Assembly: GCF_001194135.2 (NCBI RefSeq) | Contig: NC_068990.1 | Coordinates: forward strand, 36,980,084 to 37,044,083 | DNA: 64,000 bases | Reading direction: 5' to 3' | DNA from: Octopus bimaculoides | Lineage: Eukaryota | Shown here: in pieces, positions 22,795 through 35,569 of the stretch | Position numbering within the stretch: the first letter of the stretch is position 1 | Layout of the letters: every line of letters starts with the position of its first letter | Position numbers and translations under genes: made by a program | The notes under the pieces: generated by a model | Database searches by the model: none | What the model saw: only the letters and a program-made list of their open reading frames with translations | What the model was told of the DNA's origin: nothing

Positions 22795-23610
22795 TAGAAA
22801 CTTTCCTAGCCATGATAAACAGACATTTTTCAAACACCATTGATAAAAAGAAATCCTCAATAGTTTTTACACGAAAGTTGAAGTCCTAATTTCAAAAACG
22901 TTTCACATAAGCCACGCAAGCTGCATATTTAAAACTGCCTCTTCAGGAATCCAGATATTTGCCCATTAAACCAAGCATGCATGATTAACTCAGTCACCTA
23001 AGAAGCCGAGGTCACTTGTTCTGTCAAATAAAAAAAACTGAAAGAAAATATTTATGGGACTGTGCAACAGTGACTTCAGAAAAGATATGCTATAGCTAAC
23101 CAGTCATATCTGGGACCTGGAGGACAGTTATATACCATGCACCATCATGTGGAACATCATAGAGTGATATAGGATTTGTGGATCAAAAAGTGTAAGTACT
23201 GTGTAGCAGAAAGAACACACATTCTTATGAGATCAAAGAACTGCACTGACCTTCTAAACTCAATATCAGCAATTTTAACAAAGTGTGGGAGTCTTGACAA
23301 GCTTCTGCTATTGAACTGGATGGTGCACCTCTGTCAGCAGGTCAGACACACAGTTTAATGCACATTTATTTTTCCTCTATTTAACTACCTACATGGTGTA
23401 GTTATTTTATATGTAAACATTCTACATTTTTATGAAATGGGTTAAAGAGACAACATATATTCCCCTTTTACCAAAGCATTTTTTCTCTTATTTTCTTAAT
23501 ATATTTCCTCATGGAATAACTGTGTCATTTGAATCTGAATGATTGCTTGATTGTGCACAGTGCATGTTGTCTAATTACTGTTCTCTCCAAGCATGAAACT
23601 TGTAGTAGTT
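22795..23610 (+). mobile_element. PLE relic: RT end, GIY-YIG domain and 3' region (right arm of an inverted pair)
   Basis: FLAMINRHF...; CLFRNPDICPLNQACMINSVT*EAEVT; KKCKYCVAERTHILMRSKNCTDLLNSISAILTKCGSLDKLLL. The downstream ccaagcatgaaacttg is shared with the left arm. Confidence 0.8.
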
Positions 23611-24936
23611 CGTGTATAAATACTCCTTCATTAAATGATACATATCTCCCATTGGATTGAATATGTTTTGCTGATGTTATTAGCAAGCAAGCACTGTGTG
23701 TGTGTGTGTATATTTATGCATATATATATATATGTATATACACACATATGTATCTATATGTATATATGTATCTATATGTATACATATATATGAATATATA
23801 TATATATGTATACATATATATGTATGTACATATATATACATCTCTCTATATATATACATATATATATACGTATACATATATATGTATACGTATATATATA
23901 TGTACATATATATATACACCTATATATGCTGATGTGTATATGTGTGTGTGTACACCTATATACATACATACATGCATATATATATGTACATATATGCACA
24001 CACACATACATGCACACATATGCATACAAAGAGAGAGAGAGTGAGAGAGAGAAAATGATACATACTTATACTTACATGCATATATATGTGTGTGTGTAAG
24101 CATACGTATATGTATGTATATACACACACACACACATATATATATAGAGATATGTAAATGCAACATATTACACATATAGTCATATAAAGGTAGTCTGTAG
24201 CATCTTGGCAAATTGAGTCAATTTACAGTTAATTCTTGTTGTCAGGTGTATATCTGTTTAAGAAGTCTTATTATTTACGAGAACAAATGCAAGCCTTCTG
24301 GTTACTTGTATGTATTGTCACATTAATGTGTTAGCTGAAGATAGCGAATTACCATTATGTCAAAGAAGACTTCTATGTTCTTCTGCTTATATCTTCACTC
24401 ATATTGCAATAGCATCCATTTCCAAAAGACGACGATATTTAGTTACAGAGGATGGTCAACAATACATTTGAAGTTGAGCTATTTTGAAAATGGGATTCTC
24501 TTCTATCTGTCTCTTTGCCTCTTTGTCTATCTGACTAATAATCTATCTGTTTGTTTATATTTCTGTATTTCTACATGTCTGTCTATCTCTCTCTCTCTGT
24601 CTCTCTCTCTCTGTCTCTCTCCCTCTCTCTCCCACCCTCTCTCTTTCTTTCTTGCTCTCTCCTTCTCACTCTTTCTGTGGCTTTTGCTTAGTTCATTTAT
24701 TCATTGATTTTATTCAAAACAAAGTAGTAATTGAGAAGGTATAGTATGTGATAGCTCTATAGATATGCAAACATACATGTATACATACATATACACATGC
24801 ATATATATGGTTACATATATACACATAGCTATGCAGACACAGACACGTTTATACATATATATATATATTAATATATATTGGATATATCTGGATATATGTC
24901 TGCATGCCTTTGAATATGTGTATGTATATATATGTA

Positions 24937-24986
<50 letters not shown>

Positions 24987-26619
24987 AATATATGCATGTA
25001 TACATAAATGCATAGGTAAAACATACATATATACATGCATACATATATGTATAACCTGAGACATGATCCAAAATTAAATGAGTGTAGAAGAAAACGATGG
25101 TAAATGGAAGTGTTAGTCGGCATCAGCAGGAACCAGGTTGATATTGCTGTCATCTTCAATAACAAGTTACCAAAATCTTTGATAAATCAGCTCTGATCTC
25201 TATACAGACAAACTGTCAAAGACAGCTATTCGACCAATTAGAGAAGAGTTAATATAAGAGGTCCCCAACTGACATAGCCCTTCCCAAGAATGCTATCATA
25301 ACTGATAACTGTTAATAGCTAAGTTACCAATAGCCACTGAGATGGACAAATTCATATTCTTTACATACTACCATTCTCTTTAGTAATTTAAGTAAACTAG
25401 TGTACTGGTGTCTTTCATCGTTTGCTTGTATTAATTTTGTTTCTATGTTTGTTTTATATTTTTGCATTTTTGTATATTTGTTTTGCTTTCTATATAGTTT
25501 GTGTTTAATGTTGTTGTTTAGCCCTAGGTCAAACCCAAAGAAAGAGAATTATAATAAATGACATTCTGATTGTGACCATTCACTATTTGTTAGCGTTTTC
25601 AGGATTACTCATTTGTAATGTCCTTCCAATATTTTAAGTAGGCTAAACAGAGTTTCCCAAACTTGTTCATCTTGAGGGGAAACCTTGGAGTTCCTTAAGA
25701 CATTCCATGTCTTAAGGAACCATTCCATAAAGCTTCTATGTCTTTATTAATATTTTTCTTTTTCTTTTGTAAAACCAAATTTCCTAAGAAATTAAACAAC
25801 TTATGAAACTGCCTAAAGTTTTGGCTGGGCTGTAATCTATCAGACACTATATAAGGATGGTTGTCCATAATTAGAATGCCTTTAATCATAGGTCAGTTCA
25901 ACTGATGCTGAATTGAGGCTAAATGATAAAAAACTTATAACTGAAGACTGCACTACACTTATTATTTATATTCTGATAGCAAGATGATAAATAAGAGTTC
26001 CAAAGCCACTGAATGATATATCTCTCTACAACAGACTCATGATAAAAGACCTCACCTCTCATAAATCTTACAATAAATACTTGACACTTATCTCTGCTAT
26101 AATAAAATAAATTGAGAGTAATATAAATACCCGACTACAATTTCTTATTCTAATGTTGCACGTAATTTTAAAACTGTTTTAAACTGTTTATTTGCCAAAT
26201 TACTGCATTTAAAAGCAATATTAACACAGATTTACATCGCAATTGTTTTAAAGAATCCCAAGGCAGATCCAAAATTCAATGAATATTTGGAACTTGATGC
26301 TAATGAAATATATGACACAATTTCTATTGTATGCTTTTATTCAATTTTCAGTCAATTTGAGTTTTGGAATTAACTCTTTTACATTTCTTAACAAAAATCA
26401 TCATTAACATTATTGATTTTCCTTTTGATTAGAAGTGTAATTAAAGTTTATTGGCATTCTTGTGAAATCCACTGCATTAAATATGTAAATATTTAATATT
26501 GATGTTTTCCAAATTTTCTTTGTTTCTCACTGCATCTTACACCCTAACTTGGCCTCAGTATTTTTCATCCAAGTTTTACATTCCATATCTTTTTTTGCAA
26601 ATGAAACCTCCTTCCACAT

Positions 26620-27090
26620 GTGCTGTTTGTGCAATATAAAATGACAAGATAAGATATGCAATGTCAAAATCTTACAAAAATGTTATATCTCTTAGTATCC
26701 AAAGCATGTTGATGAGAATTCAGTGCAGATGGGTAGGACATGTTTGAATGAAACAAATGACTGGTTTCCTAAAATTTCTTCTGTATGACTAACAAGTGGA
26801 GGGATATTATGGCAAAGGAAGACCTGTCTTTATGTATAAGGATAAGTTGAAGTAATCGCTAAAATCTCTTCAGCTTAACTTGACAAATTGGGTAAGTCAT
26901 TGCCTAGGTCGATCAGCAAAGTGTAAAATGTGTCACAGTGATCCAAACAATTTGAGTTGAAGAAAAATTGCAATAAAAGAACTATATCCTGCAACCAGCA
27001 GACACATTTGTCCAGTCTCAGGCAAAATCAAAATCATCACTGTCCCCATTGCGACATCATAGCAAAATCCATATTAAGTACCAGTCGAAT
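26620..27090 (+). pseudogene. RTE-clade LINE C-terminal relic
   Basis: Frameshifted DKI...SIQSML...RWVGHV...GRP...YKDKLK...CPHC series typical of RTE ORF ends. Confidence 0.7.
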
Positions 27091-27114
27091 ATCCCCCTCC
27101 CCTATATTCATTTT

Positions 27115-28255
27115 TTTGTTGATATTTGCATTAGTTTTCTATGCTTCTGAAGTAGATATTTCTGTAGTCCTATGGTGGTTATTTTGTAATAGTTTTGTAG
27201 CTGTATAAGGCCTCTATCACCTTTAATATGTTATATATATAAACTTTCTATGTCAGATTTTGGGTGGTGCATCCTAAATCCTGTCATTATTTTTCTTGTT
27301 GCCCTGTATATTTTGATTAGTTCATTTAGTATCCAGTTAAGAATATTGTAGCTGTAACTTATAACTGGGATGAATAGAATGTTGATACCTATTATCTTGT
27401 TTTTTGTATTTAGCTCTATTTTCAGTATTAATCTAACTCGTCTATAGTATTCTTTTCTTATCTCTTCTTTCATTTGTGTGTGTTGTATCGTATCTAGTCC
27501 ATTGATTCCTAAGTATTTGTATGTCTGGCTTTGGTCTAATTCTCTTATTTCATTTGCTTTATCTAATGTGATATAACAATTCTTAGCTAGTTTTCCTCTT
27601 TTCCCTAAGCCAAATTTCATGTTTATTTCTTTGGTAAATTCATGTACGGTCTGTAATAATGTTTCCGGCTGTTTACCATTTGTAGCATACAGTTTTAGAT
27701 CATCCATATATAAGAGGTGGCTGATTGTTTTGCCATAATAGTTATATCCACATCCAGTTCTGTTTAGCATGTCAGATAAAGGTGTCAGTGCCAAGCAGAA
27801 AAGGAGTGGAGAGATTGTGGAATCTTCTCCATGGAATATTCCTCTTCGAATGGGCATGGCTTTGGTTTTTATGAGTCCCTCTTTTATCTGGAGCTGTAGC
27901 ACTGACTGCCATTTATTCATTGGAATATTTTATATAATTTATGATGATTGGTGCTACCTTGTCCATGGCTAGTGTTTCTAGGATCTTCGTGTGGGGAATA
28001 CCCTCAAAAGCCTTTTGATAATCGATCCAAGAAATACTTAGATCCTTCTTTCTGTGGCTGTCATCAGTTATGGCTTTATCAATCATCAGCTGATCTTTAC
28101 ACCTGTATGAACCCTTGCAGCATCCCTTCTGCTCTTCTGGAAACAGGTTGTTCTCTTCCAGATGTTTGCTCATTCTCTGCAATATTATTGCAATAAAGAC
28201 TTTGTAAATTGTAGGGAGACAAGTTATCGGTCTGCAGTTTTGTGGGTTTGTTGCT
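27115..28255 (-). pseudogene. R4/Dong-clade reverse transcriptase fragment
   Basis: NCRPITCLPTIYK, EEQKGC, WIDYQKAF, IRRGIFHG..SPLLFCLAL, HLLYMDDLKLY, YKYLG, MHHPKSDIESLYI...RGLIQL. Confidence 0.92.
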
Positions 28256-28369
28256 TTAGTGGATTTGGGAATTAGAATAGTTTTTCCCTTCTGTGAGCCA
28301 TTCAGATATTTTCTCTGGCTCTGCTAGTATGTCATTAAATTTCTCAGCCAGCTTTTTATGCATTCCTTT

Positions 28370-28980
28370 CAGATATTTAATCAGCCCACGTCCACTTTTA
28401 CACCTATTCATGTAGAACCTGTGTACATTCACCTTAGGGTGGTGCCTAGGGATTGCCATTGTATTTCAGGTAGTATGATCAAGTTGGTTAATCTTTGCTT
28501 GTGTGTATTTCAGGGTGGTTGCACCACAGTGGACTACAGCAACAACCCATACGTTGATGGTAAGAACAAGGTTCTTTGAGTTGAGCTTTGATTTCAAGAG
28601 AAGTTTGAGTAGCTTCAAAAATGCAGTGATGACTTTGTCTTTCATTTCTCTGTGCAAGATATTGTCTAGCTCCAGGATCCCATGATACTTGTACCCATCA
28701 TCATCCAGATCTTCCGTTCTCTCTCCATTTGGCAATTCTATGCCCCTACAACCCTGTTTCAAAATGAGCATCACACGCTTTGAGATACCAAATTACATCC
28801 CTATATACAGAATCAACCAACCTCTCTGTTTCAGGCTCTGTTTTTGTGAACAATTTTAAATCACCCATAAAGCGAAGTTGGTTGAGACATAGTCTATTCT
28901 TTCTCAGTTCATAGTGCACATTGACTTTTTGTAGGACTACAGAAAGTGGGATCAAGGCTATAACAAATAACAAAGGTGAA
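28370..28980 (-). pseudogene. Second, distinct R4/Dong-clade RT fragment
   Basis: SPLLFVIALIPLS...LRFMGDLKLF (YMDD decayed)...GYKYHGILELD...HHPKVNVHRFY...GRGLI. It covers the same RT subdomains as the adjacent copy but with a very different sequence. Confidence 0.85.
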
Positions 28981-29872
28981 CAAGAGGCTTAAAGTTGTGA
29001 ATTTGAAGTTTCAGTTATAAATATATTATAAATATATTTTGACAAAATTCATTTCGTATAAAGTAAGCACTTTTATTTTTTAAGTTTTCGGTTTAGACTT
29101 AAATGCTTACAGTGTCATACAAACATACATCCACATACATATATATGTATACATACATAAGTGTGTATGTGTGTGTGTGCAAATATATATAGATATAAAT
29201 ATATACATAAAACACACACATATATCTATATTTATACACACGCACATGTATGTGTATATGTATCAGTCTGTGTATATGTCCATATAGATATACATAGTAC
29301 ATGTAGGCATACACACAGATATAACAGAATATACGTAGCTATTTATATGAATGCATATGTGTGCATATAAGTTTCCACACCAGTGCTTTTATTGGTGTAT
29401 ATCTATATGAATATTGTTATGCTAGAATGCATATGTACATACATACACATAAAAATTTCAAGTGCACTTATACATATGTGTGTGTGTATGGAACTACCTC
29501 TCTCTCTCTCTCTCTATACACACATATATATATATAGGTATGTATATATACCTATATATATGTATATATACATATACACACACACATACGTACACATATG
29601 TTCTGAGTAATATAATTTATTTGCATGTTTTTACTTGAGTTGCCTATAAGTTTTCTTGAGAGATTAGTCAGGGAATGATATTGGCAGTGAGACATTAATC
29701 GAGAACATTGGGATAACCAAAAACATAAAATAAACCCTAAAACATATTGATTGTAAATTTCTGCAGCGGAGTGAATTAGTCTGTAGCACAAGGGAGATAT
29801 AATAATTTTGGTTGAACTCTGCTTTTCAAGAATTATAGTTCATTTTATTATCTTATTCTCTTATAGATGCAT

Positions 29873-29915
<43 letters not shown>

Positions 29916-29979
29916 CACATGTGCACTCACAGATATATATTTATGTATATATACATATATAAATATGTATAATTATGTG

Positions 29980-30033
<54 letters not shown>

Positions 30034-30635
30034 GAGTCAAAAAGAAGGAGTACAATTGGTCTCCATGTTGACTCCTTCATTTTTGACTCCAACTTTTTCA
30101 ATTATCTATATATACACTGTAAAAGTCCAAACACAAATATGGAAGTATGTATAATATTACTACTGGATAGCACAGGGTGAAATCTGAAAGTGCATGAGCT
30201 TTATACTGTACACTACTATGTTCTTAACAGAATATAACATAACTATATATACATAGGCAAACACAGGGATTAATAGCAGCATGCATAGATAAATCTCTGT
30301 ATATATATATATATATAGTCCCTTGTCACCACAATATACAACAATAAGAGGTGTGTGTGTATATAAATGCATGTACTTAAGTATCTAAGTCTTCCCCTAT
30401 GTATAACTTCAACAAAAGATGTATAAACAATTACATCTTCAATACAATAACTCTTTTATTTATTCAAATTAATTGACATAAAAAAATAAAATATTGTTTA
30501 AATTAGCTAATAATAATCTTCTATATTTATTATTTTCTTGGATGGATAATTCCATAGTAGATATGAATAGAAACCTAATAAATTTTTTTTCCTTAAATTA
30601 TATTGTTTATTTAAATTATATTGTTTATTTAAATT

Positions 30636-31400
30636 ATATTGCATGGTCTCATAAAGTCTTTACAACCATTCAGCCAGATACATCAAAGAAACATGACTTT
30701 CAAGATAACCACTATGAGACCCATTAATGCCCTGATGCAATAGAGAAATTATAGCAAGCTACTATTAAGTGGATCTTTTCAATACTACCTAAAGCACTCA
30801 TGGAAATAGCCCAAAACAATTCCTTGACACCATCAGGCAATTGATTAGTCCATATCTGACTGACATGAGAGGTATAGTGAGCAAGAGGATTTAGAACAAA
30901 AGATCTTGGTGTCCATATGATTTTGAGGACTATCTGGGGCTCTTAAGTTTTGTCCTGATGTCCTCGTACAATACAATTAACAACAGACTCTGATGCCTTG
31001 GGCTGCTTTGCAACGACCCTCATGACCCACTGAGGTTTTGGTTGATGAGTTCTTGAACATGTTGGATATATTTGGTTTCCTAACAATGCTTGACCAGTGA
31101 GAATGCTCTTAGTTGTTGTTGATATTAACCTGCTAAACTCTTCAACATAACTGAGACATGTTCAAGAAGCTGGTGAACTCTGTATCACTGTTGTTGATAG
31201 AGCTATAAATACAGAGTGATTTTTTTTTCTCTGTGTCAGATTGGAATCCACCATGCTGGTGCTGTTGATAAATTTGAAAGAAACATAAAACAAATCTGAC
31301 ATGCCATCGTGAATTTCAATAGATCATCTTCTATTTGCAGCCCACAAAAGCTTTGTTAACAAATAACTGGTGCATAGAAAATGCTTTGAAAAATACACTA
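30636..31400 (-). mobile_element. Possible very old Tc1-like relic
   Basis: TIR-like ggtctcataaagtc and a weak ELFWAISMSALG match to the Tc1 VMVWG..S..G.G motif; heavily decayed. Confidence 0.3.
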
Positions 31401-32253
31401 TAAACTTTGTCAATTGAACAACAGTGAAAATCAGTCCTGGTCACTAAAGTAAAATTTTTCTTTTATTGTAAAACCTCTTTTGGCTAGGAATACTAAAATC
31501 TATCTGATAATTTATTTTGCTTTCCAGAAACGTTCTTCTATACAATAATTTTTCAGTAATATGTAATTTTTTTCTATCTCTCTATTGTGTTTGTAAAACT
31601 CACCTTGTGGAAATATATATTAATTATATTTTTACAGTAACTGTGTTGTATGAAAACATTTGTAACATGAAAATATATTTTTCTATTTGTACTTTCATAT
31701 ATATAGCTATACATCAAAAATATTTACTTCCTAGGTTGAAATATAAAACTTGTTTTATTCAACCAAGTATGTATGTGTGTGTGTGTGTGTATGTGCATGT
31801 GTGTTTCTGTGTCTGTGATTGTGTGTAAGTGTGTGCATACATGTAATTATTTGTGTGCATGTGTGCATGTATGTATATGTGTATATACATATATCTGTAT
31901 AATATTTTGTGCATTTTCAACTCTTCCTAACTTTTCATATTTGTGTTTGCGTGTGTGTGTTTGTGTGTCTTTGTGAGTATGTATTATATATATATGTACA
32001 AAATACATATTCTCATCTAAAATGGAGACAAGTACTGACAGTTCCCTGTGGAACACTCGAAGAATTGTGAAGATCACTTTACATAAAACCATGGGTGGCT
32101 TTGTTAACCTCAAATAAAGTATACACAAACACACATATATAGGTATAGTATGCATATAAATGTGTATATACCGATATATGCATGTAAATAATGTAAAAGT
32201 GTCTTTTAGCACATATAACAAATTAATTGGAACTAATTATGAGCTATATTTCA

Positions 32254-32300
32254 TATCTTAACAATGTTTTCGTTACAAACATTCACTTCATCAGAAGACA
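32254..32300 (-). ncRNA. Degenerate hammerhead-like motif
   Basis: Minus strand reads tgtctt-CTGATGA-agtgaatgtttgtaac-GAAAA-cattgtt-aagata. Helix I is 6 bp, helix II is weak, there is one extra A, and the triplet is GUU. Confidence 0.35.
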
Positions 32301-32452
32301 AAAACATAAAAAAAAAACACCCAGAAATCCTCTGCAAGAAAAACTGTGAGAAACCTCACCACCCAAATAAAAAAGCATATTTAGTTAACAAATGAAGGAT
32401 AAAGAAAATGAAATAAATATAAAAGATGAACATACGACAATATCCATGGCTG

Positions 32453-32676
32453 GATTAAGGTGGCAATCTGGCAGAAACGTTAGCATGCCAAGGGCGAAAT
32501 GTTTAGTGGTATTTCTTCTGTCTTTATGTTCTGAGTTCAAATTCCACAGAAGTTGACTTTGTCTTTCATCTTTTCAGGGTTGATAAATTAAGTACCAGTT
32601 GCATACTGGAGTCAATCTAATCGACTGGCCCCTCCTCAAAAATTTCGGGCCTTGTGCCTAGAGTAGAAAAGAAAAG
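32453..32676 (+). mobile_element. SINE family B, full length, with 14-bp TSD
   Basis: ctggcagaaacgttagc...gagttcaaattcc...ctttcatc...gataaattaagtaccag...ggccttgtgcctagagtagaaaag. TSD aatatccatggctg lies at 32439-32452 and 32677-32690. Confidence 0.9.
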
Positions 32677-32839
32677 AATATCCATGGCTGCATTAGCATT
32701 ATCAAAAATGAAAAAATCTGTTGGCTGCAATCGACTGGCCCCTCCTCAAAAATTTTGGGCCTTGTGCCTAGAGTAGAAAAGAAAAGAATATCCATGGCTG
32801 CATTATCATTAATAAAAATGAAAAAATCTGTTGGCTGCA
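32619..32839 (+). repeat. 110-bp tandem duplication spanning the SINE 3' end, TSD and flank
   Basis: 32619-32728 is repeated at 32729-32839 with few differences. Confidence 0.9.
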
Positions 32840-32992
32840 GAAGGGTAAAATATAACATATATGCATATAAATTTTCTTCATGAAATTGTAACATTATTAC
32901 TATTTCTTAGTCACAAATAGCTAAACTATATATATTTTCTCCAAAACAAATTTTCTGTGCATTTTCCTTCTTTTTATATTTTCTCAATATAA

Positions 32993-33298
32993 ATCACCAT
33001 CATCATCATCGTTTAACATCCGCTTTCCATGCTAGCATGGGTTGGACGATTTGACTGAGGACTGGTGCAACCGGACGGCTACACCAGGCTCCAATCTAAT
33101 TTGGCAGAGTTTCTACAGCTGGATGCCCTTCGTAACGCCAACCACTCAGAGAGTGTAGTGGGTGCTTTTACGTGTCACCCGCACGAAAACGGCCACGCTC
33201 GAAATGGAGTCTTTTATGTGCCACCCGCACAAGAGCCAGTCCAGGGGCACTGGCAACGATCTCGCTCGAAAACCCTACAAGGCCAGTCAGGCGGTACT
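32993..33298 (-). mobile_element. Family D element, young, running into a gap
   Basis: Close match to 19198-19400, with internal ttttacgtg.cacccgcac modules. Confidence 0.85.
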
Positions 33299-33708
33299 NN
33301 NNNNNNNNNNNNNNNNNNNNNNNNNNNNNNNNNNNNNNNNNNNNNNNNNNNNNNNNNNNNNNNNNNNNNNNNNNNNNNNNNNNNNNNNNNNNNNNNNNNN
33401 NNNNNNNNNNNNNNNNNNNNNNNNNNNNNNNNNNNNNNNNNNNNNNNNNNNNNNNNNNNNNNNNNNNNNNNNNNNNNNNNNNNNNNNNNNNNNNNNNNNN
33501 NNNNNNNNNNNNNNNNNNNNNNNNNNNNNNNNNNNNNNNNNNNNNNNNNNNNNNNNNNNNNNNNNNNNNNNNNNNNNNNNNNNNNNNNNNNNNNNNNNNN
33601 NNNNNNNNNNNNNNNNNNNNNNNNNNNNNNNNNNNNNNNNNNNNNNNNNNNNNNNNNNNNNNNNNNNNNNNNNNNNNNNNNNNNNNNNNNNNNNNNNNNN
33701 NNNNNNNN
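33299..33708. other. Assembly gap
   Basis: N-run. Confidence 1.
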
Positions 33709-33715
33709 ATATATA

Positions 33716-34000
33716 TTGGGTCATCCCATAAATAATGTAATATTTTCCAATTGCATGAAGTAAAAATCGGAGGGTAATCTACCTACATCAACTTACTATA
33801 AAAGTAGGTAGTAATTTATTCTTAGTGCAAGTTTTGAAGAGTGCCAATCTATTTTAACAGTTATTTTTTAAAGCTATAATGGAAATCACAAAGAAGCATA
33901 TTCAGCATATTTTGCTTTATGAGTTCAATAAAGGCGATGACACAAAGAAATTGTGAAGAATATTAATACAGTAAATGGGGATGAGACTACTTGCTCCAAT
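33716..34000 (+). mobile_element. Mariner 5' fragment
   Basis: TA-ttgggtcatcccataa shares ggtcatcccataa with the 20687 TIR. ATG at 33879 gives MEITKKHIQHILLYEFNKG. Confidence 0.85.
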
Positions 34001-34011
34001 AAGCTTACAAT

Positions 34012-34304
34012 TTGTGTAAATATCAAAAGAAGTGGGTACGAAGAAAGGCTGGTCAAGATATTGATGGACATCCTGGCAATTGCCTTGGGGGAGTTTACAC
34101 AGTACATCCCAGTCAACAAGAGTGTTTCCATGATCTGAAGACTTTTGATGACTACACATTTGGAACATATCAGGAGGCCTGCTTCAAGCATGGGTTGCTA
34201 GAAGAGGGGGCACAGTGTGAGGCAACGATGGCGAAGGATGCTACATCAAAGTCTCAGCCTTGGGAGAGTTTACACGGTCCATCACAGTCAACAGGAGTGT
34301 TTCT
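34012..34304 (+). pseudogene. Helitron Rep/helicase inter-domain fragment
   Basis: KWVRRKAG...LGGVYTVHPSQQECF/HDLKTFD...TYQEACFKHGLLEE, plus a second LGRVYTVHHSQQECF copy. Confidence 0.8.
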
Positions 34305-34994
34305 NNNNNNNNNNNNNNNNNNNNNNNNNNNNNNNNNNNNNNNNNNNNNNNNNNNNNNNNNNNNNNNNNNNNNNNNNNNNNNNNNNNNNNNNNNNNNNNN
34401 NNNNTTGCTTGTTTGCCAGTCTGCTCTGCTGTATGTGGCACAGTGGGGATGACTCTCGCAAAGCACCAGGTGTTATAACACCTTAGAAGTCATAGACAGG
34501 TGAGACAACTCTCTACAAATCCCATTCAAGAGTGATGGACATCGATGTTTCACCATTTTTGTGGCTTATCAACATCACATCTCTAAACCGAATTGAAGGA
34601 ATGCTGAATCACCAGACCAAGACTATATAGAAATAGTGTAAAAACCATTTGCCCCAAAAGTGCATATATAAGAATAAATTCAAATATAAATTAGAAGCAG
34701 CACTAGTTTTGTAAACATCTTTGACCATGTATACCTAATGTATGCACCTCGCTTGTGCATGGACTGCCAGCTCACTGCCTTGCACTTGTTAATATTATTA
34801 AATAATTTTCATTCGATGGTTAAACTTTATATAAATATACTGCAATTTATTGCAAAGTTTTAAGTGGCAGCTTTTATAAGTTTTGAAATCAATCTTTTTA
34901 TATCTCAGCAATTAAGCTATGCAGTGATTTTGAACTAAACTCTTCGAATATTTTGATGTGTTCTTTCCAAAATAGGAACCATTGTCATACACAC

Positions 34995-35026
<32 letters not shown>

Positions 35027-35077
35027 GCATATACATACACATATATACATGTTTATGTATCTCTCTCTCTCTATCCC

Positions 35078-35123
<46 letters not shown>

Positions 35124-35532
35124 TACATACATGTATATATATATATTTTGCACAAGCATTTATGAATAAAAAGTATATCTACATAGTGTTGGGAAATATA
35201 CATATAAGCACTCTAAAATAAACAAACAAATTATGGGGTACAAACGATGGAAGAAATGGAATCATAATGGCATTCTAAGATGGCTTTCATTGAAGTAAAA
35301 TATTTGGTAAAATATTTCCTTGAGAGCATAATAAAACAAAAGCTTTTCTTTCAGAACACATACACACACACACACTCATGGTTATACATCTGCACACCAG
35401 TGTGTATGCATATGTGTATGTATGTACGTATGTATGTATACACACACACACACACACATAAATATATGTGTATGCATATATATATGCATACATATATATA
35501 TGTATGTGCAAACAATATTAACATATATTACA

Positions 35533-35569
<37 letters not shown>

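Noticed and set aside
23680-24211. Many YIYI/CVCV/HTHT ORFs throughout the window
   Set aside because: These are translations of TA/GT/CA microsatellites, with no domain signal.
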